A stretch of 64,000 nt of DNA from Octopus sinensis (lineage: Eukaryota): assembly GCF_006345805.1 (NCBI RefSeq), contig NC_042998.1:178374001-178438000 (forward strand), written 5' to 3'. Below the pieces are notes generated by a model. The model saw only the letters and a list, made by a program, of their open reading frames with translations. It searched no databases and was not told where the DNA came from. Shown piece by piece: positions 63,536-64,000 of this stretch (position 1 is the first letter of the stretch; each line of letters opens with the position of its first letter). The position numbers were made by a program, and so were the translations under genes.

Positions 63536-63670
63536 ATGGTAAGGATAGTATTGATGATCACAGAGACAAGGTTAGCTACTTGAAAGTACACTTACTATAA
63601 ATATATTTGGAATATCTGAATGGGTAAGCTAACAAACTCAAAGTTTATAACTTAGGTTATGGGTCATTAT

Positions 63671-64000
63671 TTACATTATTTACATTTGACGGATATTTGT
63701 CCTCATCTTGTTTGTTGTTAACACATTTTGGCTGATATACCCTCCAGTCTTCATCAGGTGTCATGGGGAAATTTCGAACCTGGGCTCTCATACCTAAGGT
63801 ATTATCGATGTTATTATTATTATTATTATCATTATTCAGGTCACTGCCTGGAATTGAACTCGGAATCTTGGGTTAGTAGCCCGCACTCTTAACTACTATG
63901 CCATATAGTAATAATAATAATAACAACATCGAAAAATGCCTTAGGAATGAGAACCCAGGTTCGAAATTTCACCAAGATACCTGATGAAGGCTGGAGGGTA
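63671..64000. mobile_element. Fold-back element: inverted CTGATGA-bearing arms around a tRNA-like head; cut by the window end
   Basis: 63738-63825 is the reverse complement of 63910-64000. The central 63837-63906 reads as a tRNA-like A/B-box sequence on the minus strand. Confidence 0.65.

Noticed and set aside
63837-63906. A functional tRNA gene
   Set aside because: No complete acceptor stem, and it is embedded in a repeat; treated as a tRNA-derived head.

Overview
AT-rich, microsatellite- and SINE-dense animal genomic DNA; the repeat families point to an octopus (inference). The window is almost entirely the 3' part of one minus-strand gene of the abLIM/UNC-115/dematin family. I assembled 12 coding exons (54461 down to 4169) with canonical AG/GT boundaries and matching phases. 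They give 413 aa ending in a villin headpiece (VYPYERLK...[16 protein letters not shown]). No LIM-domain exon or start codon was found, so the 5' end lies beyond 64000 or uses an unidentified first exon. The introns hold three or four SINE families, decayed RTE, CR1/L2-like and HERO-like LINEs, hAT (Charlie-type) relics and at least seven fold-back structures. The most notable item is a set of Penelope-type minimal hammerhead-ribozyme motifs: one with an intact core at 36222-36303 inside a ~720-bp palindrome, one decayed at 58781-58818, and one tied to a tRNA-like Pol III head at 63671-64000. Also reported: candidate alternative splicing (an in-frame dual donor, a cassette exon, microexons, AG|GT recursive-splice candidates) and nested insertions. 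No prokaryote-type systems were seen. Repeat boundaries are approximate; exon boundaries were counted base by base.
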